DNA of 62,565 nucleotides, counting the filler. It is 7 parts of 7 records of this genome, joined end to end, with 100 filler letters (N's around TTAATTAATTAA, not from the genome) between each part and the next. Parts side by side here need not be neighbours in the genome. Positions count along the whole stretch, not along the records: positions 1 to 13,924 come from SRR31156797_14306; positions 14,025 to 23,497 come from SRR31156797_14327; 5 more parts are not named here. One strand, given 5' to 3'. A program made the position numbers and the translations under genes. Under the pieces are notes generated by a model. It searched no databases. It was not told where the DNA came from and saw nothing but the letters and a program-made list of their open reading frames with translations. Shown here in pieces: positions 10,562 through 18,087 of the stretch. How positions within the stretch are numbered: position 1 is the first letter of the stretch; every line of letters begins with the position of its first letter.

Positions 10562-10968
10562 TAGAGGGCCTTAAACTCACCATGTTCAAACGAACCGGTC
10601 TGCCGTTCATTTGTAATGGAATCCACTCGTTCAAGGAAGCCGGGATGTTCAACGCTTTTCTCGTAGTATATCCTGGCGGATGTCACCTTATTGGCAAGAA
10701 GTCCTTTTTCCCGGTCGTTTTCGAGATCCTTGAATATGACGTCTGAATCAACAGGGATCGTTTGAACAGGAGGGACTGATTCCAGCTTGATCGTCTTTAT
10801 GCCCTGAGACACGGCAAAGGCATCTTCGATATTTAATTTGGATGAAACGGCTTTTCCTAATTTTGCCCAGTACTCAAGCTGTTTAGTCTTCGATCTGTTC
10901 TGAATTCTCGCCTCGCGCTCCGCCTGAAGCACCAGATCTTGGTCTATTCTTAACGGTACGGTAGCCAT
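10561..10968 (-). CDS. ParD-like (RHH) antitoxin with C-terminal extension
   Basis: MATVPLRIDQDLVLQAEREARIQNRSKTKQLEYWAKLGK matches the ParD-like family pattern; ATG 10968 after GGAGGG. Confidence 0.78.
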   Translation of the reverse strand: MATVPLRIDQDLVLQAEREARIQNRSKTKQLEYWAKLGKAVSSKLNIEDAFAVSQGIKTIKLESVPPVQTIPVDSDVIFKDLENDREKGLLANKVTSARIYYEKSVEHPGFLERVDSITNERQTGSFEHGEFKAL

Positions 10969-11021
10969 AACGCCCTCCGAGTATTGTTGCAATCAGCATC
11001 ATATTGATACATTTTAATACA

Positions 11022-11050
11022 AAAATAGTCTTGATTTGAAATTATGTCAA
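11022..11050 (-). promoter_or_regulatory. sigma-70-type promoter candidate for the TA pair
   Basis: TTGACA-N17-TATTTT on the minus strand upstream of the antitoxin. Confidence 0.4.
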
Positions 11051-11086
11051 TAAGATGATGAAAGTGATACTTCTGCTACTTTTACG

Positions 11087-11959
11087 ATGACCACCAGACG
11101 TAAAGGAACTTCAACCTATCCGGGGATGGCGCACATCGGGTCCATGGTAGATCTCCTTTTTGACGGGATCATCCTTTCCGGGCAGGTCCGCACACAGGAA
11201 GGACCCTATGTCAATGGCGCCGGTAAAAAGGTCTCGGGACGAATCCTGGTGTTGGGGAATTTTTCGGCGGCCTATCGGTCTTCGGATGAAACCGGATTTT
11301 TGCTCTATTCCAAAAGCGGTGGGCGCCTTTTTGCCCTGTCCGAAGCTCCCCCGCCCCCCATGGAAAAAAAGTTGGCCGCCTATTTCAAGGGCCAATCCGA
11401 GGACGTTCCCATTGATATTTCAAAGGGGGCGGCCCTGCGGCAGTTGACCCACCACCTGAGCCTTCGGGAGCAGATCCCCAAGGGCGGCCCCATCGTGTAC
11501 CCGATTTTGGGCATCGGGATTCTGGCCTTGCTGATCATTCTGGAGAGAACCGTCTATCTTTTCCGGAAAGGGATCAACGCGGATCGCTTTGTGGACGCGG
11601 TGTGCGGCCATGTGATCCGAAACCAATGGCGCAAATGCATGGACCTGTGCAAAAGGGCCGGCAAGAAGCCCGTCCCCATGGTGCTGCTGGCCGGCATCAA
11701 GAGTCGGGACATGGGCCGCGAAGACATGAAAAACGTCCTCCAGGAGGCCATTTTGAACCAGGTCCCGAAACTGGAACGTTTCCTTTCCACCCTGGGAATG
11801 CTGGCGATCATCGCCCCCCTCCCGGGGCTTTTGGGGACCGTTACCGGCATGATCAACACCTTTCACGTGATCACCTGCCATGGCACGGGAGATCCCAAAC
11901 GAGGAGGGGCGGGCACAGAATATCCAGATCGTGGAAAGCGATCCCAAAGGGATCTTTGA
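11087..11959 (+). pseudogene. large MotA/TolQ/ExbB (TtpC-like) gene remnant, truncated at both ends
   Basis: GGPIVYPILGIG...LERFLSTLGMLAIIAPLPGLLGTVTGMINTF..GTGDPK, then similarity is lost at ~11900. No signal peptide or N-terminal coil. Confidence 0.82.
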
Positions 11960-12068
11960 GCGATCCGTGTCCCGCTGTGTCGCCCAATGGCGCTTTACAG
12001 CCGGAACCGTGGGCGGCGTCCCGGTCAAGACATGGGTTGAAACAACCGTTCGCTTTGACCTCCATTAA
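11898..12068 (+). pseudogene. TonB C-terminal domain remnant
   Basis: NEEGRAQNIQIVESDPKGIFERSVSRCVAQWRFTAG...VETTVRFDL, joined out of frame to the exbB remnant. Confidence 0.8.
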
Positions 12069-12073
12069 TAGAG

Positions 12074-12867
12074 ATGACTGCCAAATCCTTACCATACCTT
12101 TACGGTCTTCTTATCCTGGACGTCATTTTTTTGTGGGTCCCGGGGCAATCCCGGGGAGATCAAAAGGAAGATATCCCGAGGGCCACCCGAATGGCCCTGT
12201 ACAAGGCCCGGAAGTTGATGGAAAATGACCGGTTTTCGGAGGCTTCAAAAATCCTTGAAAAATTCAGGAAAAGGGGCAAGACCTCCCATGGGGGGGATTC
12301 AAAGGGATACAACCATTATCTGATCCATTTCACCCTGGACAACTGCTACCTGATGACCCGGAAGTATCCTGAAGCGGAGGCCCGTTACCGTGCGGCAATC
12401 ACCCGCAACCCCGTTTTTCATACCGGGTGGATGAACCTGGCCAAAATGCCGCATGAAATGAATGCCCATGCCGAAGCGGGTCACGCCTTCTTAAAAGGGT
12501 ATGAAACCGCCCCCAAAAAGGATCCCGAGATCCTCTATTACGGCGCGGTCTGCTTCATGACCGCCGGGGAGACCCGGGAGGCCTTGAAAGTCTTCCGGAC
12601 CCTCCTGGATGAACATGCGCCGGGGAGATCAAATTGGAATGGAAGGAAGGGTTGGTCCAGGCATACTTCGACTCCCACCAACCGCGCAAGGCCCTCCCTT
12701 TCATTGAGGAGTTTTCCGAGAAGACAAAAGAAAAAAAACGGCGACAGTGGCAGGAGGTCCGGCTGCACACCTATCTCTCTCTGGACATGAAGACAAAGGC
12801 CCTTCGGTATGTCAAGCGGTTGATCCGGGAGTACCCCACCGAGCCCGAATGGTGGAAGGGCCTGTAG
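12074..12867 (+). pseudogene. TPR protein (TtpD-like) with frameshift and truncation
   Basis: Signal peptide plus TPRs. The frame changes at the G4 run 12622-12625 into ORF 12634-12867, which stops at the first bases of motif copy B. Confidence 0.75.
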
Positions 12868-12890
12868 ATCTGGGGACGTCTTACCTATTT
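12866..12890 (+). repeat. 25-bp motif copy B
   Basis: AGATCTGGGGACGTCTTACCTATTT. Confidence 0.7.
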
Positions 12891-12907
12891 CCGACAATAT
12901 CTGCAGG

Positions 12908-12932
12908 GATTAAGTAGGACGTCCACGGAATT
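12908..12932 (-). repeat. 25-bp motif copy C (inverted partner of B)
   Basis: Reverse complement is AATTCCGTGGACGTCCTACTTAATC. Confidence 0.75.
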
Positions 12933-13079
12933 CAGAGCGTTTCGATGAAATTTGAAGGATTTTGGCTCACACAAGAATCGCCAGCCTCGCAACCAGGGCA
13001 CGAAGATCCACCCGCCAACGACATCAAAAGGCGTTGTTTGGAATGATTGACCCCGAACAGACAGCAGACAGCGACATTT

Positions 13080-13502
13080 TTAGGAATTATGCAGGGTGTC
13101 CGCGGAATTCTCCAGGTATTTATCCACCGCAGCGCAAAAAAGCTTGGATCGGTCCAGCCCCTCGGTTTCCTTAATAATCTTTCCGACCTTTTCCAGCAAG
13201 TCCACCGGCACCATGACGTTGATCCTCTTTTTCGGTTTGTACTGCTCCATAATTTTTTCGCTGGGCACAACCGGAAAGACAAGTTCATCTTCCCCGGCTT
13301 CCGCCTTGATATCCTCATATGATCTAGGCGACTGATATTCCCGGCCTTTGCGCCCAACAACCATTAACCCGCTGAGAGCGTCCATGGCCATAGACAACGC
13401 TTCATCCAAATCTTTGCCGCCGGTGTGAATCCCGTCAGCATCAGGAAAGCGGACCCCCCAACCTGTTTTCAAGGGAAAAAAGATACCGTAAAAAGGCTTC
13501 AT
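13080..13502 (-). CDS. hicB: HicB-family antitoxin with C-terminal RHH domain
   Basis: VRFPDADGIHTGGKDLDEALSMAMDAL; KKRINVMVPVDLLEKV...LDRSKLFCAAV (RHH). Confidence 0.9.
   Translation of the reverse strand: MKPFYGIFFPLKTGWGVRFPDADGIHTGGKDLDEALSMAMDALSGLMVVGRKGREYQSPRSYEDIKAEAGEDELVFPVVPSEKIMEQYKPKKRINVMVPVDLLEKVGKIIKETEGLDRSKLFCAAVDKYLENSADTLHNS
13085..13109 (-). repeat. 25-bp motif copy D (encodes the hicB tail)
   Basis: Reverse complement is AATTCCGCGGACACCCTGCATAATT. Confidence 0.75.
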
Positions 13503-13520
13503 CGTTCTTTCTCCTCCATA

Positions 13521-13694
13521 CTATTTGTCTGCCTGTTTCAAAATTGCTTTGGCGGTGTATTCATCGATTTCTATGTGACGGGGGACGGGGAATCTGTGGC
13601 CGTTCCGACTTTCCCAAAATTCGTGACTTCCACCTTGGCGGATCTGTTTGGCGCCTTTGGCTCTCAATTTCTTTGTGAGTTCTCTTCTCTTCAT
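13521..13694 (-). CDS. hicA: HicA-family toxin (57 aa)
   Basis: MKRRELTKKL..GA..IRQGGSHEFW....FPVPRHIEIDEYTAKAILKQ; ATG 13694 after GAGGAA. Confidence 0.92.
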   Translation of the reverse strand: MKRRELTKKLRAKGAKQIRQGGSHEFWESRNGHRFPVPRHIEIDEYTAKAILKQADK

Positions 13695-13720
13695 GTGTTC
13701 CTCGTTTAACGGCCGTATTG

Positions 13721-13736
13721 TTACACACGTGTGTAA
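13721..13736. promoter_or_regulatory. palindromic operator of hicAB
   Basis: Perfect TTACACACGTGTGTAA lying over the spacer of a minus-strand TTGATG-N17-AACAAT promoter candidate. Confidence 0.65.
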
Positions 13737-13753
13737 AAGCATCAAGTGCTTTT

Positions 13754-13785
13754 TAGATGGGTAGATGGTAGATGGGGTCAAGTCT
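13754..13785 (+). repeat. TAGATGG x3 stutter followed by GGTCAAGTCT, putative element end
   Basis: TAGATGG-G-TAGATGG-TAGATGG-GGTCAAGTCT, ~40 bp upstream of the Y1 transposase ATG. Confidence 0.55.
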
Positions 13786-13824
13786 GCTGTTGACTGTTGC
13801 TCTGTTATATGGTAATTGGGTTTT

Positions 13825-13924
13825 ATGAGCAGGCCGTTAAGAATACAATATCCGGATGCATGGTACCATGTGATGAACAGGGGACGGAGGGGGAAATCTG
13901 TTTTTTTGGACAAACAGGACTACT
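13825..13924 (+). mobile_element. REP-associated-type (RAYT-like, Y1_Tnp HUH) transposase, N-terminal 33 codons, cut by contig end
   Basis: Not in the ORF track. Manual translation MSRPLRIQYPDAWYHVMNRGRRGKSVFLDKQDY is the MxRPLRIxYPxAxYHVxxRG N-terminus of Y1 transposases. Confidence 0.88.
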
Positions 13925-14024
13925 NNNNNNNNNNNNNNNNNNNNNNNNNNNNNNNNNNNNNNNNNNNNTTAATTAATTAANNNNNNNNNNNNNNNNNNNN
14001 NNNNNNNNNNNNNNNNNNNNNNNN
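13925..14024. other. artificial contig linker
   Basis: 44 N + TTAATTAATTAA + 44 N (stops in all six frames). Confidence 0.99.
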
Positions 14025-14052
14025 TATTGATATGGCCATGGCCATATCAATA
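14025..14052. repeat. perfect 28-bp palindrome at contig start
   Basis: TATTGATATGGCCA|TGGCCATATCAATA. Confidence 0.8.
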
Positions 14053-14210
14053 ATTGGGGTTTGCTGCTAAACTTCGCCCATTTGGATGGAGGACCATAAA
14101 AAGAAGGTTCAACTTGAGAAAGTGCTAAACATTTTAAGCGCAATCTGATACGATTTTTTATTGAATACTTTAAAGCATTTGAAACATGGGGAAAAGACTG
14201 ATTGCTTCGA

Positions 14211-16139
14211 TTATTTCACCCTGGCTCCCGGCTTTGCCTCGGTGTCAGGTGTCATCAGATGCAGGCCTTCTTCGTCGCCGGCCGCCAGCAACATGCCCTG
14301 AGACTCAACCCCCATCAATTTTGCCGGTTCCAGATTGGCCAACAAAAGCACCTGCATACCAAGGATTTTTTCTTTTTCATAATGGCCTTTGATACCGGCA
14401 ACCACGGTGCGTTCCTCCCCCATATCCACCATCAACTTAAGGAGCTTTTTTGAACCCGGAATCTCTTCCACGGCCTTGATGACACCGATCCTGAGATCCA
14501 GCTTTTGAAAATCCTTGAAGCTAATGACGCCTGAGCTTTCGGTCTCATCGGTTTTTGCTTTTTTGGATTTTTCTTTCTTGGCTGCCGGCGGGGCCTGCTT
14601 TTCCTTTTTTTTCACGTCAATGCGTGGAAAAAGGCCCGGCGCTTTCCGGATGGGATGAGACGGTTTTTCCAGCCCCCATTTCTTGAGATCCCCCAGCCGG
14701 CAGTTTTCACCCTGCCTTTTAAGACCCAGCTGCTCCTGAATTTTTTCCGCGGATGTGGGGATGAACGGCCATACCAAACCCGCAACAACCCTGAGGGTTT
14801 CATAAATATGACAAATGACGGTTTTGAGTCGTTCCGGATCCGACTTGGCCAAGATCCAGGGGGCCATGGCATCAATGTATTTGTTGACGTCTGAAATGAC
14901 TTCCCAAATCGCCATCAAAGCCTTGTGAAAAGCCATTTGTTTCATATGACGATGGTAGATTTCAACCAAATCAACGGCACTGTTTCTCAATGCTTCATCT
15001 TCTTCCCCTGAAGGGCCGGCATGGGGAAGAACACCATCAAAATATTTGTGCACCATGGTCAGGCTGCGGCTTACAAGATTTCCCAGATCGTTCGCCAGAT
15101 CCGCGTTAAGCCGGTTCACCAAGGCCTTCTCGCTGAATTCCGAATCCAGGCCGAATGCCATTTCCCGCATGACAAAATACCTGAAGGGGTCCACACCGTA
15201 AATATCAACCAGCGAAAGGGGATCCACCACATTCCCCACGCTTTTACTCATTTTCCCGGCGTCGATGTTCCAATACCCGTGCACATTAAGGTGCCGGTAC
15301 GGTTCAATCCCCGCGGATTTGAGCATACAGGGCCAATAAATCCCATGGGGTTTCAGGATATCCTTGGCGATGATATGCTGTGCGTGCGGCCAGAATCCGT
15401 TAAACCGATCTCCTTCGGGATATCCGAGGGCCGACACATAATTAATCAGGGCATCAAACCAGACATAGGTCACAAAGTCTTCATCAAAGGGAAGGGTAAT
15501 TCCCCACGTAAGACGCGACTTGGGCCGGGAGATGCACAGGTCTTCCAACGGTTCGGACAGAAATGAGAGGACCTCATTTTTATATCTTTCCGGCCTGATA
15601 AATTCGGGGTTCTTGGTAATATGCTCAATCAGCCATTCCTGGTATCGACTCATGCGAAAAAAATAGTTGGCCTCTTTGATCACGTCCGGCTCTGTCCGGT
15701 GATCGGGACACTTTCCGTCCACCAACTCTTTTTCCGTGTAAAAACGCTCGCAGCCAAAGCAATAAAGGCCCTCATATTCGCTGAAATAAATGTCGTCTTT
15801 CTCTTTGACCAGACTTAGAATATTTCTCACCGTTTCCTGGTGATGGGGGTCAGTGGTTCGAATAAATGCACTGTTTGTAATATTCAACCTGGGCCAGAGG
15901 TTCTGAAACATACCGCTGATGCGATCCACATATTCCTTGGGGGTCTGACCGGAATTTTCCGCGGCGGTAATAATCTTGTCCCCATGTTCATCGGTGCCCG
16001 TCAAAAAAAAGGTCTCTCGTCCGGCAAGCTTGTGGAAACGGTTCAATACATCCGCCACAATGGTCGTATAGGCATGACCGATGTGCGGCTCAGCATTCAC
16101 ATAATATATGGGCGTTGTAATATAGAATTTTTCTGACAC
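14211..16139 (-). CDS. metG: methionine--tRNA ligase
   Basis: PHIGHAYT, KMSKS, Zn knuckle CFGCE..CPDH, C-terminal tRNA-binding domain. Confidence 0.97.
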   Translation of the reverse strand: MSEKFYITTPIYYVNAEPHIGHAYTTIVADVLNRFHKLAGRETFFLTGTDEHGDKIITAAENSGQTPKEYVDRISGMFQNLWPRLNITNSAFIRTTDPHHQETVRNILSLVKEKDDIYFSEYEGLYCFGCERFYTEKELVDGKCPDHRTEPDVIKEANYFFRMSRYQEWLIEHITKNPEFIRPERYKNEVLSFLSEPLEDLCISRPKSRLTWGITLPFDEDFVTYVWFDALINYVSALGYPEGDRFNGFWPHAQHIIAKDILKPHGIYWPCMLKSAGIEPYRHLNVHGYWNIDAGKMSKSVGNVVDPLSLVDIYGVDPFRYFVMREMAFGLDSEFSEKALVNRLNADLANDLGNLVSRSLTMVHKYFDGVLPHAGPSGEEDEALRNSAVDLVEIYHRHMKQMAFHKALMAIWEVISDVNKYIDAMAPWILAKSDPERLKTVICHIYETLRVVAGLVWPFIPTSAEKIQEQLGLKRQGENCRLGDLKKWGLEKPSHPIRKAPGLFPRIDVKKKEKQAPPAAKKEKSKKAKTDETESSGVISFKDFQKLDLRIGVIKAVEEIPGSKKLLKLMVDMGEERTVVAGIKGHYEKEKILGMQVLLLANLEPAKLMGVESQGMLLAAGDEEGLHLMTPDTEAKPGARVK

Positions 16140-16144
16140 CGGTT

Positions 16145-16996
16145 TCAGTGGTTACTCCTTTTTGGCTTCTTTTTTTTGAACAAACGTTCTTTGGGCCTGG
16201 AAGGCCGTTTGAGTTGATCGGCCTGAACTTCAATTTCACCGCCTGAAGCCAGTATAACCGTCACGGTCTCCTTAAAAACATTCTGGCGGATGACTTTCCC
16301 ATCACCCTCTTTTGTTACCACTTTTTTCCCGATCCGGGGAAGCTTCTTCTTGGCCTTTTCATAGAATTTATCCTCATAGGTGAGACAGCACATGAGCCTG
16401 CCGCACATGCCGGATATTTTGCTGGGATTCAGGGAAATATTCTGTTTTTTGGCCATTTTAATGGTGACCGGGGCAAAGGTGTTCAAAAATGTGGCACAGC
16501 AAAGGGGGCGTCCACAGGTGCCCAGTCCCCCCACCATTTTCGCCTGGTGGCGCACGCCGATCTGTCGCATTTCAATCCGTGTCCTGAATCTCCCCACCAG
16601 GTCCTTGACCAGTTGCCTGAAATCGACCCTTCCATCCGCCGTAAAATATACGATGGTCTTGCTGCCGTCAAAACGTCTCTCCACCGAGACAATGCTCATG
16701 GGAACGGACCTGTCTTTTACTTTCTTGTAGCAGAATTCGTATACGTCCTTTTCAAGCCTGCAATCTCTTTCGTAGCGGTCTATTTCTTCAAGGGTGGCCA
16801 CCCGAAATACCTTTTTGAGCTTGCGATCCGAACTATGTTCAACGCCATTCTGAGGCTCCGTGCAGACACAGCCCACAGCGGGACCCTCCTCGGTGACAAC
16901 CAACACCTTATCACCTTTGCCTAGAACAAAGTGTCCGCAGTCAAAATCGTAGATTTTTCCCGAATTCCTGAACTGAACGCCAACAAACTTGCCCAT
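16145..16996 (-). CDS. ricT: PSP1/YaaT (RicT) family protein
   Basis: YFTADGRVDFRQLVKDL, RIEMRQIGVR, CGRPLCC, SGMCGRLMCCL; holB-yaaT-metG synteny. Confidence 0.9.
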   Translation of the reverse strand: MGKFVGVQFRNSGKIYDFDCGHFVLGKGDKVLVVTEEGPAVGCVCTEPQNGVEHSSDRKLKKVFRVATLEEIDRYERDCRLEKDVYEFCYKKVKDRSVPMSIVSVERRFDGSKTIVYFTADGRVDFRQLVKDLVGRFRTRIEMRQIGVRHQAKMVGGLGTCGRPLCCATFLNTFAPVTIKMAKKQNISLNPSKISGMCGRLMCCLTYEDKFYEKAKKKLPRIGKKVVTKEGDGKVIRQNVFKETVTVILASGGEIEVQADQLKRPSRPKERLFKKKKPKRSNH

Positions 16997-17054
16997 GCTA
17001 TTTTTCGGTTGATCCTCAAATAAATAAGATTGAATAACCGTTCACGGTCAATGA

Positions 17055-18077
17055 TTAGGTTCGTCCCAACTTCCGCAAGTTAAGCACCGTGTTTTCCAAG
17101 ACCAGGGTGGAATTCCGCATCCCATGAAGATCCCTGACCGCCCGATCCACCATGTGGAAACTCTCAATTAGGTTTTTAAGCGGCACATCCGAAGCCGCTT
17201 TTTCCAACCGCTCCTGGAAATCCCCATTGATCAAAAGACCCTTAGGCGCACCGACTCGAACCAGTAGGAGATCCCGATACCAGGTCGCCCAGACGGAAAG
17301 CAGGTCGAAAAGGCCCACTTTTTTATTCCCCGGCTGATCCAAGCCCACACGCGTCTCTTTGGCACTTTCAACTGCCATGTTCATGGCCTCGGCACTGGAG
17401 CGCATATATAGTTCAAAAAGCTTTTTGAGCCATATCCCCCGCTTTTCCAGGTAATTGCTCTCCCCCATTTCAAGGGCACGCCCCAAACTGCCATGGGCGG
17501 CCCTGGCCAGAACCGCCACAGAAGACCCATCCAGATTCGTCTCTTTCTTGAGTTGTCGGATAATTTCTTCGGCTTTAAGGGGCCGGAAGGAAACCCGCTG
17601 GCAACGGGATACGATGGTCGGCAGTAAATCCCGCGGTTCTGTTGCATTGAGCACAAAGATATTACCCGATGGGGGCTCTTCAAGGGTTTTCAGAAAGGAA
17701 TTGGCGGCCTCACCCGTCATGGCTTCAGCCCGATGAATCACGCATACCCGGAAACCATCCGAAAGCGGAGCAAACCCCAGGCTGCGGTTCAATTCCCTGA
17801 TCTGTTCAATTTTAATTTTCCGGCCATCCGGCTCAATGGTTATGAAATCCGGAAAATTTCCGTTCAAAATCTTTCGACAGGACAAGCAGACGCCGCAACC
17901 GTCCAAACCGGAAGGCGCAGAACAGTTTAAGGTCATGCTGAAGGCTTTGGCCGTACTGGTCTTCCCAATACCTGAAATTCCCGTAAAAAGATAGGCATGG
18001 GGAACCCTTTTTCGGTGCAACACATTCTCGAGAAAACGCTTGGCCTTTTCCTGACCTATAATGTGAGAAAAAAACAC
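17055..18077 (-). CDS. holB: DNA polymerase III subunit delta'
   Basis: HAYLFTGISGIGK, Zn motif CGVCLSC, AANSFLKTLEEP, LLPTIVSRC. Confidence 0.95.
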   Translation of the reverse strand: MFFSHIIGQEKAKRFLENVLHRKRVPHAYLFTGISGIGKTSTAKAFSMTLNCSAPSGLDGCGVCLSCRKILNGNFPDFITIEPDGRKIKIEQIRELNRSLGFAPLSDGFRVCVIHRAEAMTGEAANSFLKTLEEPPSGNIFVLNATEPRDLLPTIVSRCQRVSFRPLKAEEIIRQLKKETNLDGSSVAVLARAAHGSLGRALEMGESNYLEKRGIWLKKLFELYMRSSAEAMNMAVESAKETRVGLDQPGNKKVGLFDLLSVWATWYRDLLLVRVGAPKGLLINGDFQERLEKAASDVPLKNLIESFHMVDRAVRDLHGMRNSTLVLENTVLNLRKLGRT

Positions 18078-18087
18078 GGGTCCCTAC

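Noticed and set aside
9872-13109. The 25-bp motif copies as a CRISPR array, attC sites or dif sites
   Set aside because: Irregular spacing, mixed orientation, no cas genes, no RYYYAAC/GTTRRRY boxes and no XerC/D-type arms.
13521-13913. 130-aa HicA with a long N-terminal extension (ORF track)
   Set aside because: The extension overlaps the promoter/operator and the opposite-strand transposase start; the RBS supports ATG 13694.
13969-13980. Recurring TTAATTAATTAA as a biological repeat
   Set aside because: Always centred in 44+44 N; it is a synthetic six-frame stop linker. ORF-track entries containing X or ending ..LIN are artefacts.
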